Source: Alphaproteobacteria bacterium (GTDB lineage: Bacteria > Pseudomonadota > Alphaproteobacteria > UBA828). Taken from it: a DNA stretch of 64,000 nt. The stretch spans positions 1,504,001 through 1,568,000 of the forward strand of contig CBDEFM010000002.1 of NCBI GenBank assembly GCA_965237415.1, written 5' to 3'. The translations under genes were made by a program, and so were the position numbers. Below are positions 10,070-20,529 of the stretch, in pieces (the stretch's first letter is position 1; every line of letters begins with the position of its first letter). The notes below the pieces were generated by a model that was not told where the DNA came from, did no database searches, and was given only the letters and a program-made list of their open reading frames with translations.

Positions 10070-11263
10070 ATGACCGACTTCGCGCGCACCAAGTCCCTCT
10101 TCCACCTCCCGGAAGGGGTCGTCTATCTCGACGGCAACTCGCTCGGCCCCCTGCCGCTCGCGGCGCGCGATCGCGTCGCCCGCCTGCTCAGCGACGAGTG
10201 GGGCGAGATGCTGATCCGGGGCTGGAACGAGGCGGGCTGGATGGACGCACCGGCGCGCATCGGCGACCGGGTCGGCTGCCTCATCGGCGCTGCGCCCGGC
10301 ACGGTGGTGATGGGCGACACGCTTTCCATCAAGGTGTACCAGGCGCTCGCCGCCGCGCTCGAGCTCCGGCCCGGGCGGCAGGTCGTCCTCTCCGACTACG
10401 GTAACTTCCCTTCCGACCTCCACATGGCCAAGGGCCTCATGCACTCCCTCGGCCGCGGCCACGAGCTGCGTCTGGTGGCGCCGGAAGCAGTCGCCGAGGC
10501 CCTGGACGAGAGTGTCGCGGTGCTGATGCTGACCGAGGTGGACTACCGCACCGGGCGCCTTCACGACATGGCGGGCCTGACGCGAGCCGCGCACGCGGCC
10601 GGCGCGCTCACGGTATGGGACCTCTCGCATTCCGCGGGCGCGCTCCCCATCGACCTCGAAGCGGCCGGGGCCGACTTCGCGGTCGGCAGCACCTACAAGT
10701 TCCTGAACGGTGGACCCGGCGCGCCTGCCTTTATCTACGTCGCCTCCCGGCACATCGAGCGGGTGCGGCCCGCCCTCTCCGGGTGGCTCGGCCACGAAGC
10801 CCCCTTCGCCTTCGACCTCGACTACCGCCCCGCCCCCGGCATCGCCCGCATGCGGATAGGCACGCCGTCCATACTCGGCCTCGCCGCCCTCGACGCCGCC
10901 CTCGACGCCTGGGAGGGGGTGTCGATCGAAGACGTGAGGGCGCAATCGGTGGAGCTCTCCGAGCTCTTCATCAGGGAAGTCGAGCGGCGCTGCCCGGAGC
11001 TCGAGCTGGTGAGCCCCCGGAGCGCGCTCGAGCGGGGCTCGCAGGTATCGTTGCGCTTCGCGGGCGCCTATCCCTTCATGCAGGCGCTCATCGACCGGGG
11101 CGTCATCGGAGACTTTCGCCCCCCGGACGTGATGCGCTTCGGGATCGCTCCGCTCTATCTCGACGCCGGCGACATCGTTCGGGCCGCCGGCGTTATGGAG
11201 GACGTGCTTGCGGAACGGAGCTGGGACCGGCCGCGGTATCGCCAGTTGAAGGCGGTGACCTGA
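10070..11263 (+). CDS. kynU: Kynureninase
   Basis: YLDGNSLG, NFPSD, WDLSHSAG, GSTYKFLNGGPG, RGSQVS, GVIGDFRPP. Confidence 0.93.
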   Translation: MTDFARTKSLFHLPEGVVYLDGNSLGPLPLAARDRVARLLSDEWGEMLIRGWNEAGWMDAPARIGDRVGCLIGAAPGTVVMGDTLSIKVYQALAAALELRPGRQVVLSDYGNFPSDLHMAKGLMHSLGRGHELRLVAPEAVAEALDESVAVLMLTEVDYRTGRLHDMAGLTRAAHAAGALTVWDLSHSAGALPIDLEAAGADFAVGSTYKFLNGGPGAPAFIYVASRHIERVRPALSGWLGHEAPFAFDLDYRPAPGIARMRIGTPSILGLAALDAALDAWEGVSIEDVRAQSVELSELFIREVERRCPELELVSPRSALERGSQVSLRFAGAYPFMQALIDRGVIGDFRPPDVMRFGIAPLYLDAGDIVRAAGVMEDVLAERSWDRPRYRQLKAVT

Positions 11264-11266
11264 CGA

Positions 11267-11297
11267 GGCCCGCCGGCTACGGGTCCGTTTTCTTTTC
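11267..11297 (+). terminator. Probable intrinsic terminator after kynU
   Basis: GGCCCG...CGGGTC stem followed by GTTTTCTTTTC. Confidence 0.5.
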
Positions 11298-11876
11298 GGG
11301 CTGTTCGTGTTGGCCATGACCCCGCGGCGGGTAGGGACCCGCCCAACCTATTGGTGCCACGCAACTTTTTCCCATATCACGCCGCAGCCAGTGTGGCGCT
11401 TACAAACCGGCCGCAAGCAGTTCGTATGCGCCGCAAATCCAATGCGTGCGCGTCCCTGACTGTCGAAATCTTATGTGGTGGCATCCGAAACGGCATTCGC
11501 AGTTGAGCGTTCGGTCGCGGGGTGATGGCTGAACCCTCAGAGGCGTCCCGACGGCAAGTGAGATCGTCGACTGGGCCAGCGCCCACCCATTCCTATTGTC
11601 AGACGTACGTGACCACCTCGCTGAGCGGCTTTCGCCCGATGTCGGGCACCTGACGCAGCAGGCTGCCGGTCTATGACACGGATGCGCACGAGTGCGCGGG
11701 GCAAACCTTCCACTATGACAAATCCCACGAATTCACAGCCCTGACGTGCCGGGAAAAGTGCGTCCACTTTGGACGCTCACCTTGTCGCGGAGTTACACGC
11801 CAGCAATATCAATGCATTAGGAGAAATTGGAGCGTCTCACGGACCGCCTCCGCCTGAGATGGAAAATAGCCATTCC

Positions 11877-11946
11877 ATGACGAGCGCCCAGAATGGGCGC
11901 TCCTGAACTTGTGACACGGGATGACAGCGCCCATTCTGGGCGCTCC
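11877..11946. repeat. Pair of palindromic 20-bp sites, inverted relative to each other
   Basis: GAGCGCCCAGAATGGGCGCTC (11882-11902) and AGCGCCCATTCTGGGCGCTC (11926-11945); each preceded by ATGAC. Confidence 0.85.
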
Positions 11947-12085
11947 CCAAATCGTGCGTCATGGGGCGATCGATGGCGGTGCACGGCCATGCACCCTCGC
12001 TAAATCGGAGCCGGTCTTGCGAACATGGCGCGCGAAAAGGCTGCTGCCTCGTGCGCCGAAGACCAGGAGATGGAGGTGATGTGGC

Positions 12086-12382
12086 ATGGCGAGGACCATA
12101 GACAGGCACATACGGGTCGAACCCGAGCAGTGGAATCGCATCGAAGCAGCAGCATCCGAGCGTCGCGTAACGGCTAACCAGCTCGTCGTCAAGCTCGCCA
12201 TGGAGGCTCTCGACCGCCGCGAATGGCCGCGGACCGATCTCGAAATCCTCATGTAGCGCTCGTGCGTGTTCACTGCCCAGGCCATCGCGCGCGACATGAT
12301 CGCTGCCGGGCGGGAGAACGAGATCAAGGATATCGAGCGGGCCATCTCCACAGTCGCCCCGGGTCAGCCCGGGGACCTGTGA
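12086..12382 (+). pseudogene. Small ribbon-helix-helix-like protein with internal TAG
   Basis: GGAGG RBS; MARTIDRHIRVEPEQWNRIEAAASERRVTANQLVVKLAMEAL...LM*RSCVFTAQAIARDMIAAGRE; stop at 12254-12256, frame continues to 12382. Confidence 0.6.
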
Positions 12383-12472
12383 CGCCGGCACCGGATGCCC
12401 GCGGACTCGGCAGCAGCCGCAACCGACAACGCGCGGCTTTCTCCTTAAATCCCGGTCATTGCGGAGTGAGTC

Positions 12473-13249
12473 ATGGCGACAAATGAGCAATCGCAGAGCC
12501 TGGCGGTCCTGATCGATGCCGACAACACCAGCGCACGCTATGCTCAGGCGATCTTCGAGGAGATCGTCAAGCTAGGCGCAGCCAACGTCCGGCGTATTTA
12601 TGGCGACTTCTCCGGGGCTCGTCTCGGCGGATGGGACAAGGCCATCCAGTCGCTGGCGATCCTGCAGCATCAGCAGCGCAGCAACACCACGGGCAAGAAC
12701 GCCGCCGACATCGCGCTGGTGATCGACGCCATGGACCTCATGCACAAGGGCAAGCTCGACGGCTTCTGCCTCATCAGTTCGGACAGCGACTTCACCCGGC
12801 TCGCACAGCGGCTGCGGGAGGACGGGCTCGTGGTCTACGGCTTCGGCGAGCGCAAGACGCCGGAGGCGTTCCGTAGCGCCTGCAATCGGTTCTTCTATGT
12901 CGACAATCTGATCGAGACGGGAGCGGAGAGGGAGAGCGGCACGACCCCCGCAGCCCCGGCGGCGGCAAAGAAGGCATCTCCATCGAAGGCCGTGAAGATT
13001 ATCGCCAAGGCAATGGAGGAATCGGACGACGACGATGGCTGGGCGAACCTTGGCGGCATCGGCAGCCGGATACTGGGGACCTCGCCGGATTTCGATCCGC
13101 GCACCTACGGTTGTCCCAACCTGAGCACTCTGGCCACAAAGTCCGGCGGATTCGAACTGCGCAAGGGGCCGGGCACCGCGGTTCATATCCGCCGCAAGGT
13201 TTCAGGCCGTGGAGCGCCGGGCAAATCACGCGTTGGCAAGACCAAGTGA
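12473..13249 (+). CDS. NYN (LabA/DUF88) domain protein with C-terminal OST-HTH/LOTUS
   Basis: LAVLIDADN, RRIYGD, GKNAADIALVIDAMD, SSDSDFTRLA, FDPRTYGCPNLS. Confidence 0.9.
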   Translation: MATNEQSQSLAVLIDADNTSARYAQAIFEEIVKLGAANVRRIYGDFSGARLGGWDKAIQSLAILQHQQRSNTTGKNAADIALVIDAMDLMHKGKLDGFCLISSDSDFTRLAQRLREDGLVVYGFGERKTPEAFRSACNRFFYVDNLIETGAERESGTTPAAPAAAKKASPSKAVKIIAKAMEESDDDDGWANLGGIGSRILGTSPDFDPRTYGCPNLSTLATKSGGFELRKGPGTAVHIRRKVSGRGAPGKSRVGKTK

Positions 13250-13451
13250 AACACGGCCTGTATTGGGCGCGGGCGACGGCGACGGCGAGATGCGTCTTGC
13301 CGGTGGATCGAATAACGGGGCCGACATCGACCGATTTCTTCCTGACACATAACTCTTCACGTTAGCCGTGGCATGCGATGATTGCCCTCGAAACGAGCGG
13401 GTTCCATAGTGTCGTGGCGGCGAGGAAGCGCCGGACGAGTGCGGGGAGACT

Positions 13452-13826
13452 ATGACGACGTCAAACGAAACATACGAAAAGGGACTTCAGATCCGGCGCG
13501 AGGTGATCGGTGCGGACTACGTTGACGAGCAGAGCGCCGACGACTTCAGCCGGGAATACCGCGATATCGTCAACGAGCAATTCTGGGGTGCTGTCTGGGG
13601 TCGCCCCGGTTTGAGCCGGAAGCAGCGCGTCCTCATCAGCCTCGGCATGCTCGCGGCGCTCAAGCGGGATCTCGAGTTCGAGTTGCACCTCACGCATGCG
13701 CTCGACAACGGCGTATCCCCTGAGGAGATCAAGGAACCCCTGATTCATATCGGCGCCTATTGCGGCGCGCCGACAGGCGCGGCGATGTTTCGTATCGCAG
13801 GACGCATCATCGGCGAACGGAAATAG
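13452..13826 (+). CDS. Carboxymuconolactone decarboxylase family protein (PcaC-like)
   Basis: YEKGLQIRREVIG, WGAVWGRPGL, LHLTHALDNG, AYCGAP. Confidence 0.85.
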   Translation: MTTSNETYEKGLQIRREVIGADYVDEQSADDFSREYRDIVNEQFWGAVWGRPGLSRKQRVLISLGMLAALKRDLEFELHLTHALDNGVSPEEIKEPLIHIGAYCGAPTGAAMFRIAGRIIGERK

Positions 13827-13911
13827 CCGGAGACGGACCGATCGCCGCCCTTAGGCTTGGCGGACGACGGCTATTCGCTCCGGCCGTATAAGGGAGACGC
13901 CGGCGTCCATA

Positions 13912-16146
13912 GTGCTTGGACTCGCTTCGGAGCTGCGCGCCGACGCCGCGTCGGCCAAGCTCCCGGCCGCGCTCTCCACCGGCCTTGTGATCGCCGTGCT
14001 GATGGTGGTCGTTCAGACCTCTGTCGCCGCCATCATATTCTCAGGCCCCTTGGCCCCCTTCGTCAGCCAGGGTACGGGAGCGATACTCTTCGGCGCATTC
14101 GCCATGTGCCTGATCGTCGCTCTATCGGGCACCTACAAGGGCACCATATCCGTACCCCACTTCGCGCCGGCGGCGGCGCTGTTCGGGGTGGGGGGCGGGG
14201 TGGCGGCGAGCATGACGGCAGCGCCGCAAGAGGCGGTGTTCGCGACCATGGTTGTGATCATCGCACTCTCGGCCCTGACGACCGCGCTCTTGTTCGGGCT
14301 CGTCGGGTGGTTCCGCTTGGCCAACCTGTCCCGCTTCATGCCCTATCCCCTGGTCGGCGGATTTCTTGGGGGATTGGGTTGGTTCCTTGTCCTGAGCGGC
14401 GTCTCCATCACGTGCGGAATCACGCTGAATTGGGAGACGTTTCCCGAACTGCTCGAGTCCGACATGGTCTGGAGGTGGGGACCCAGCCTGGCCTTTGCCC
14501 TTGCGCTGCTGGTGGTCACGAAGCTCAGGCCCCACTATCTCATCCTGCCTGCATCGGTGGTGCTCGCCGTCGGACTGTGTCACGCGGTGCTCTTCTTGTT
14601 TGGAATCTCCGTGGAAGAGGCCCGCGCGGCCGGCATTCTGTTCGTCGGCCTGCCGGCGGACGCCTCTTGGCCGCCCCTTCAACCCGGCGACCTCGGTCAT
14701 GTGAACTGGGGTGTCGTGGCGTCCCAGTTCCCTGGCATCCTGGGTGTGACCCTCATTGCCTTGATGTGCATCGTGCTGAACGCGGGCGCGCTGGAACTGG
14801 GCAGTGGCGCTGAGCTCGACATGAACAGGGAGTTTCGGGTCGAGGGCGCTGCCAACCTGGTTGCCGGCTTGGGCGGAAGCGCCCCCGGCTGCAACTCGGC
14901 CGTCATGTCCCTGGTGAGCCATGCGACCGGTGCTGAAACGCGCCTTACCGGGGTCGTCACGGCTTTCGCGCTGGGCGTGGTGCTGTTTTTCGGCGGCGAC
15001 GCGCTGGCGATACTGCCAAAGCCGCTGCTCGGCGGTCTGGTGCTGTTCCTCGGGCTCGGCCTGCTGAACGACTGGCTGGTGGCAAGCCGCAAGACACTGC
15101 CTTGGACGGACTACGCCATCGTCCTTGTCGTCTCCATCGTCATCGGCGTCTTCGGGTTTCTCGAAGGTGTGGCCGTGGGGCTGGTGGCGGCGGTGATCTT
15201 CTTCGTGGTGCGTTTCAGCGGGGTGGATGTGATCGGCGCCTCGTTCACGGCCCGCGATCGTCAGAGCAAGAGAGCCCGCTCCGCGACCCACCGCGCCATT
15301 CTTCGACACCACGGCGAGCGCGTGCGCGCTTACAGGCTGCGCGGTTACATCATCTTCGGCAACGCCTCCCCCATGGGGCATCGTCTCAAGCAGGCCCTCA
15401 GTGCCGACCCGGCCCCGCTGTGCCTGCTGCTGGACTTCGCCGCGGTCTCCGGCTTCGATGTTTCGGCCGCGAATATCGTTTTCCGCTCCGTCCGGACGGC
15501 GGGCGCCCAGGGGACGCACATTGTCCTGAGCGCAGTGGCGGAGCATGTCCGTTCAATCCTGCGGCGCGGCCTCCCCGAGGGCGAGTGGCGTAGTCTGATC
15601 TTCGAAGAGGACCTCGACCGTGGCCTGGAGCGGTGCGAGGACCTCGTCATCGCCGAGTGGGATCGGGTGCACGCCGGGTCGGACGACGCGAGGGACGTCT
15701 TGTTCGGTCTTTCCATCGATCACGCGTTGCGCGAAGTGGAGAGGCAGGCCCGTTTCGAGGCCCTGACGGAACGGCTCAAGCCTTGGCTACAGAGTCGCGC
15801 GTATGAGGCCGGCGAAACCATCGTGGCGCGAGGCGAGGAGCAGGAGGGCATACAGTTTCTGACCCAGGGCCGGGCCATGGCGCGCGAGGAGGACGCCGGG
15901 GCGCGAATGGACGAGTACGGCCCCGGCGATGCATTGGCGGCCGAGGCTGCTTTCGCAGATCATGCGGCCGAGATGACGGTCTTGGCGGTTGAGCCTTGCC
16001 GGACCGCGCTGATGACGCCGTCTGCCCGCCGATCGCTGGAGCGGGACAACCTTGGGCTGACCGTGGAACTGGACAGATATCTCATCGAGACGATCCTGGA
16101 GTATCGGGCAAGGCTGCTGTCCGTCGCGCCGAACGCGCCCGAATAG
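13912..16146 (+). CDS. SulP family anion transporter with STAS and cNMP-binding domains
   Basis: Many TM helices, RFMPYPLVGGFLGG, LRGYIIFG, LLDFAAVSGFDVSA (STAS), YEAGETIVARGE (cNMP). Confidence 0.88.
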   Translation: MLGLASELRADAASAKLPAALSTGLVIAVLMVVVQTSVAAIIFSGPLAPFVSQGTGAILFGAFAMCLIVALSGTYKGTISVPHFAPAAALFGVGGGVAASMTAAPQEAVFATMVVIIALSALTTALLFGLVGWFRLANLSRFMPYPLVGGFLGGLGWFLVLSGVSITCGITLNWETFPELLESDMVWRWGPSLAFALALLVVTKLRPHYLILPASVVLAVGLCHAVLFLFGISVEEARAAGILFVGLPADASWPPLQPGDLGHVNWGVVASQFPGILGVTLIALMCIVLNAGALELGSGAELDMNREFRVEGAANLVAGLGGSAPGCNSAVMSLVSHATGAETRLTGVVTAFALGVVLFFGGDALAILPKPLLGGLVLFLGLGLLNDWLVASRKTLPWTDYAIVLVVSIVIGVFGFLEGVAVGLVAAVIFFVVRFSGVDVIGASFTARDRQSKRARSATHRAILRHHGERVRAYRLRGYIIFGNASPMGHRLKQALSADPAPLCLLLDFAAVSGFDVSAANIVFRSVRTAGAQGTHIVLSAVAEHVRSILRRGLPEGEWRSLIFEEDLDRGLERCEDLVIAEWDRVHAGSDDARDVLFGLSIDHALREVERQARFEALTERLKPWLQSRAYEAGETIVARGEEQEGIQFLTQGRAMAREEDAGARMDEYGPGDALAAEAAFADHAAEMTVLAVEPCRTALMTPSARRSLERDNLGLTVELDRYLIETILEYRARLLSVAPNAPE

Positions 16147-16405
16147 GGCGACTTCGTTGGTGCTTGGCGTCGCGGAGAAGTGGCGACCAGGCATCTCTTT
16201 CCGGTCTTCGATAGCCACGGCCTGCCGGAGAGCCACGGCAAGATTTCGCGCTACAGACCGGCCGCGATCACCGCCAGGGGTGAGCCGGCAATGTGCCGAT
16301 GACCGCTCCCTGCACGACGAAGCCGCTCCCCATGGCGACGAGCGGCCCGGCAATAGCCCCTTCATTGTCTCTTGGCCCTTGCATCCGGGTGCAGTGTCTT
16401 TGCCC

Positions 16406-16655
16406 TGGAGTGGGCCCCCTGGGTCGGACAGGCGGACTGAAATGATTTGACCGGTGCGTCGGGCATTCGAAGGATCGACGCCCATAGCACCGCACCGCAC
16501 CGACAGCATCGCCTTCAAGCGCCAGGTCGTTCAGGAATATCTAGCGGGCGAGACCCTCCACGATCTGGCACGTCGCCACGACCTCTCCCGCACCCTGATC
16601 CGGCTCTGGGTCGACAAGTACGAGGCCGGCACCTTCGACGAGGACGCCGAGGCGG
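16406..16655 (+). mobile_element. IS3-family left end and OrfA remnant
   Basis: TG-starting end TGGAGTGGGCCCCCTGGGTCGGACA; HRTDSIAFKRQVVQEYLAGETLHDLARRHDLSRTLIRLWVDKYEAG HTH; start appears mutated to ATA (16484); truncated. Confidence 0.75.
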
Positions 16656-17081
16656 ACAGCACGACATTGCGTTCCAGCGCGGCGATGCTGCGCTCGACCC
16701 TGCCCATCGCGTCGAGGTAAGCGCACATCGTCGTCACGGGTTTGTCGTCGTCGTGGCCACAGAAGCTCTCAGCGAGCGTAACGCGTGAGACGCCAAGCCC
16801 GAGGATGAAGCGGCTATCATAGAAATTGCTCAGCGAATCATGCCCGGAGATGGTGGTGAGGGCATCGCGCGCACAAATGTTCGCAATGCCGGCTGCCGCG
16901 CGCAATCGATCGGTTTCCGCCAGGATGAAGCCGCTGTAATTGAAGGTCTCGTAGCCAATTCCTTTCGGGTACCGGAGCATATCGTAGCCGAGACGCTCGA
17001 CGCCCTGCGCCAGTTCCGCGACATCGCTTCCGGAGAGCACGTCAGGTAAGAACCGAACGCCGGTCTGTCGATCTCCTTCAT
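16655..17081 (-). pseudogene. LLM-class (F420-type) oxidoreductase, 5' fragment
   Basis: AQGVERLGY...AGIANICARD...RFILGLGVS...KPVTTMCAYLDAM; early frameshift and truncation against the IS3 remnant. Confidence 0.75.
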
Positions 17082-17251
17082 GCGCTTACCGTCTCCCGTT
17101 TCCGACGTATCGCCGGAGCCATCGGACGGGAGACTAGCCGCCACTATTCCGGACCCGCCCCGTGTCGTTGCCGGCATCGCCGCCTTGAGGCAGAGAGCCG
17201 CGGCGAGCAGGCGCTGGGCGCCGGTCACGAAGCGATTGGAGAGACACGCCT

Positions 17252-18157
17252 ATGTATGCCGGCAGGCTCGTTTACATTCCCGCCCTGGCGGCGCTCGGGG
17301 TGATTTACGGCGCCCTCTTCCCGGTCAACAAGATGAGTGCGGAAGCCGAGCTTCCCTATATCGGCTATGTCTTCTGGTTCTCGCTGATCGCCACGATCGG
17401 GCTCGCGATCCCGGCCGCGCTGAGGGGCGAGCTGCCGAAGCTCACCGCTCCCCACCTGCGGGTCTATGCCGTCCTGGGCGGACTCGGCGTCGCGATACCG
17501 GTGCCGCTGCTCACATTCGTGGCGCCGAAGCTTCCGGTCGGCATCATCACGCTGCTGATGATCCTGGTGCCGCTGCTCACCTATCTCCTGTCCTACCTGG
17601 CCCGCATCGAGCGGTTTCGCCTGTCCGGGGTCGTCGGGGTGCTGTTCGGCCTTGGGGGCCTGCTGCTGATCCTGATCCCCGACGTCAGCCTGCCGTCGCG
17701 GGATATGGTGGGCTGGGTGCTGCTGGGGCTGGTGGCGCCGGTCTGTTTCGCCGCCACCAACACGCTGGCGGTCTACCTCCGGCCTCCGGCATCGCCGGCG
17801 CTGACGATGGCGACGGGCATGTCGGCTTGCGCCACGGTGATGCTGGCGCCGGTCATGGTCGGCACCGGGCATGCCTACCTGTTTCCCGGACCCAGCACCG
17901 CGGGCATGCTGGTTGTGCTCTACGCTGCAGCGATCACGGCGGTGACGATGGTCGGCTGGTTCGTGCTGGTGCGCATCATCGGCGCGGTCTTCTTCTCGCA
18001 GTTCAACTACTTCATCGTTCTGAGCGGCTTCGGCTGGGGCGTTCTGCTATTCGACGAACATCACGGCGCCTATGTCTGGGCGGCCACCGGCCTGACCTTC
18101 ATCGGCCTCGCCGTCTTCACCCGCGGCGCGCACATCGCGGGCCGCGCAGACGCGTAG
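17252..18157 (+). CDS. DMT/EamA family transporter
   Basis: About 10 hydrophobic segments in two repeats; LPVGIITLLMILVPLLTY, IGAVFFSQFNY. Confidence 0.85.
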   Translation: MYAGRLVYIPALAALGVIYGALFPVNKMSAEAELPYIGYVFWFSLIATIGLAIPAALRGELPKLTAPHLRVYAVLGGLGVAIPVPLLTFVAPKLPVGIITLLMILVPLLTYLLSYLARIERFRLSGVVGVLFGLGGLLLILIPDVSLPSRDMVGWVLLGLVAPVCFAATNTLAVYLRPPASPALTMATGMSACATVMLAPVMVGTGHAYLFPGPSTAGMLVVLYAAAITAVTMVGWFVLVRIIGAVFFSQFNYFIVLSGFGWGVLLFDEHHGAYVWAATGLTFIGLAVFTRGAHIAGRADA

Positions 18158-18353
18158 ATCGCAGGAGGCGCCTGTCCCGTTCGGGGCACGTCCTCGATCC
18201 GCTTGACCTCGGAGCCGACGCCGCACCGCAGCACCGCCGTCTCGCCGGCGGAGTGTCCGCAGTCCACCGATTCTTGCGGAGCCGTTCAGCGTCCGATACG
18301 TTGATCCGAAGACTGGACGACGAGAGCTTCGACATGTTCCACGGAGGCGCCTC

Positions 18354-18731
18354 ATGATCGGCTATGTAACCCTTGGCTCGAACGACATTGCCCGCACCGG
18401 TGAGTTCTACGACGCGCTGCTCGGTGAAATCGGCGCGACGCGGCAGACAGACGGAGAGACCTTTGTTGCTTGGTCGGTGACCCCCGGCACTCCGATGCTG
18501 TGGGTCATCAAACCCTTCGACGGCGCGCCGGCGACTGTCGGCAACGGCGTCATGGTGGCCCTCGCGGTCGACTCGAAGGATCATGTGGAGCGCCTGCACG
18601 CGAAGGCGATAAGTCTGGGCGCCAGTGACGAAGGCGCCCCTGGGCTGCGCGGCGATACGTTCTACGGCGCCTACTTCCGCGACCCTGATGGGAACAAGCT
18701 GGCGGTGTTCGACAAAGCATATATGAGCTGA
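18354..18731 (+). CDS. VOC (glyoxalase) family protein
   Basis: MIGYVTLGSND, PFDGAPATVGNG, DEGAPGLR, FYGAYFRDPDGNKL. Confidence 0.92.
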   Translation: MIGYVTLGSNDIARTGEFYDALLGEIGATRQTDGETFVAWSVTPGTPMLWVIKPFDGAPATVGNGVMVALAVDSKDHVERLHAKAISLGASDEGAPGLRGDTFYGAYFRDPDGNKLAVFDKAYMS

Positions 18732-19229
18732 GCCGGCCGCGCTCCGGCGGAGCCTGCGAGGGCGCCCGCGGCGAGACCCGGCTCTTCATCAAGAAGGTCT
18801 TGGCCGAGGCCCGGCGCGTCGGCCATGGCGGGTTGGCACGGGCGATCGGAACCCGGTAGGAGACATCGACCACGATCCTGTCGCCCTCGGCCATGACTGG
18901 CGCTACGACGCCGAGACCGGGCGCATCAAGATCCTTCGTTCAGTCCTCGCGGTGTTCCGGGTCACTGTGAAGGATCGCCAGAACCCGTCCTCGGCGACGA
19001 ACTTGCGCACATGCGCTCCCCTCGGCACGAGAAGCGCCCAGTCGGCCGTGTGCATGGCGATGCGGACGACGGTCTCGGCGAGCGACAGCTCGCTCCCGGC
19101 CGCGCCGTTGTCGATCACGCGGCTCCAGCCGGTTCAAGACGCGAGCCGGATGGGCGAGATGCCCCGCCCGCCTTGACAAGCCGGCACACCGCGAACAGCG
19201 TGCGCCACGCCACGCGGAGAAACGCGCCC

Positions 19230-19775
19230 ATGGCCCGATTGCCCTATCTCGACGCGGCTGACCTCGCCGCCGAGCACCGTGGTTTGCTGGACTCGCCGAT
19301 CAACATTCGGCGCGCGCTCGCCCATAGCCCGGGCGCCTTGCAGGGATTTATCGCGCTTGCGCTCTACCTTCGCCACGAGAGCCCGCTCGACCCGCGGCTC
19401 CGCGAGCTCGCGATCATTCAGGTCGGCTACGTCAGCGGCGCCGCCTATGAATACGGCCATCACATCGAGATCGGCGCCCGCGTCGGGGTCACCGATGACG
19501 ACCTTCGGGCGATCGCGCGGGAAACGGCGGGAGAGAGCAGCGACCTCCCGCCCCTCGATCGGGCGGTGCTGCGCGCCGCGCGCGAGATGACCGACGGGCG
19601 CGCTATCTCGGACGAGACCTGGTCGCGCCTCGAGGCGGCGTTGGATCGGACAGCGCTGGTCGACCTCGTGATGGCGATCGCCACTTATAACGGGGTGGTG
19701 CGCATCCTGGGCGCGCTCGAGATCGACATCGAGCCGGGCTATGAGAGCTATCTCGAAAGGTTCCCACTGCCTTGA
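19230..19775 (+). CDS. Carboxymuconolactone decarboxylase/AhpD-like protein
   Basis: MARLPYL, NIRRALAHSP, LDPRLRELAIIQVG, YEYGHH. Confidence 0.85.
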   Translation: MARLPYLDAADLAAEHRGLLDSPINIRRALAHSPGALQGFIALALYLRHESPLDPRLRELAIIQVGYVSGAAYEYGHHIEIGARVGVTDDDLRAIARETAGESSDLPPLDRAVLRAAREMTDGRAISDETWSRLEAALDRTALVDLVMAIATYNGVVRILGALEIDIEPGYESYLERFPLP

Positions 19776-19864
19776 CCCCGCAACCCTCGCAAGGCCCGCG
19801 TCTGAGCCTTGCCGACCGCGTAGCGCTCGTGGTCGCGCAGGCCATGCGCGGTTTCGTCGGCGAA

Positions 19865-20529
19865 CTATAGCCCGAGATCGAGTTCGAGCTCAGGTCCCTC
19901 GCGGACTTTCTCCGGCTTCGGCTTCCGTTCCCGCGGAGCCTGCTCCCGTTCCGGCACTTGCGGCACTGGTTTCGGTATCGGCGGCCGAGCTTCCTGCACG
20001 CTCGGTCCGCGCTCCCGCTCGCGTGTCTTGTCCGCACCGGCTTCCGCCGCCTTTCCACGCTCGGGCTCGATCGCTTCGAGCGCCGCGACATGCTCCCCGG
20101 TGACGGCCTCCAGCCGCTCTCGCAACGCGCCCCGGTCGTCGGTCACCAGTTCGGCGCGGTGGCAGGCGCGGCTGATCTCGACGTAGAGGGTCTTCTGTGT
20201 GGTTAGATGAGGGTGGTTGGCCTCCATCGCCGCCATCACGGTATCGACGGTGCGTCCTTGAAAAGCATGCGCGGTCGACGCCCATGCCCTGTCGATACGG
20301 CGCAACTGCGGATCGTCCCGGCGCATCTCCAGCCCCCGTCCGTCTTCCAGACGGAAAGCGACCTTGCCGTCCTTCACCGCGGTCACCTCGGCCTTACCGC
20401 TGTTGACCAGCCCATGCATGGCGTCGTTCCGGGTCCAGCGCACGCGGGCGCCCCGGCGCAGCTCGATGATGTCGACGCCATAGACTTCGTCTCCGCCAGT
20501 CCTCGCCGCGAGACGGCCCGGCTCCCATC
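19865..20529 (-). pseudogene. C-terminal fragment of MOB-F (TrwC/TraI-like) relaxase-helicase
   Basis: RWTRND, LVNS, DPQLRRIDRAWASTAHAFQGRTVD, QKTLYVEISRA, charged low-complexity tail ending ELDLGL; no N-terminus. Confidence 0.85.

Noticed and set aside
11800-11840. tRNA 3'-end/att remnant (TCAATGCATTAGGAGAAATTGGAGCG)
   Set aside because: Only about 7 nt resemble a tRNA end; no cloverleaf or integrase nearby.
12254-12256. Pyrrolysine or alternative code at the in-frame TAG
   Set aside because: TAG terminates many intact genes here; no pyl genes.
12473-13249. NYN gene as a defence system
   Set aside because: Common stand-alone LabA/DUF88 type with no partner defence genes adjacent.
18732-19200. 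Coding-like scraps between the VOC and CMD genes
   Set aside because: No coherent frame or recognisable family.
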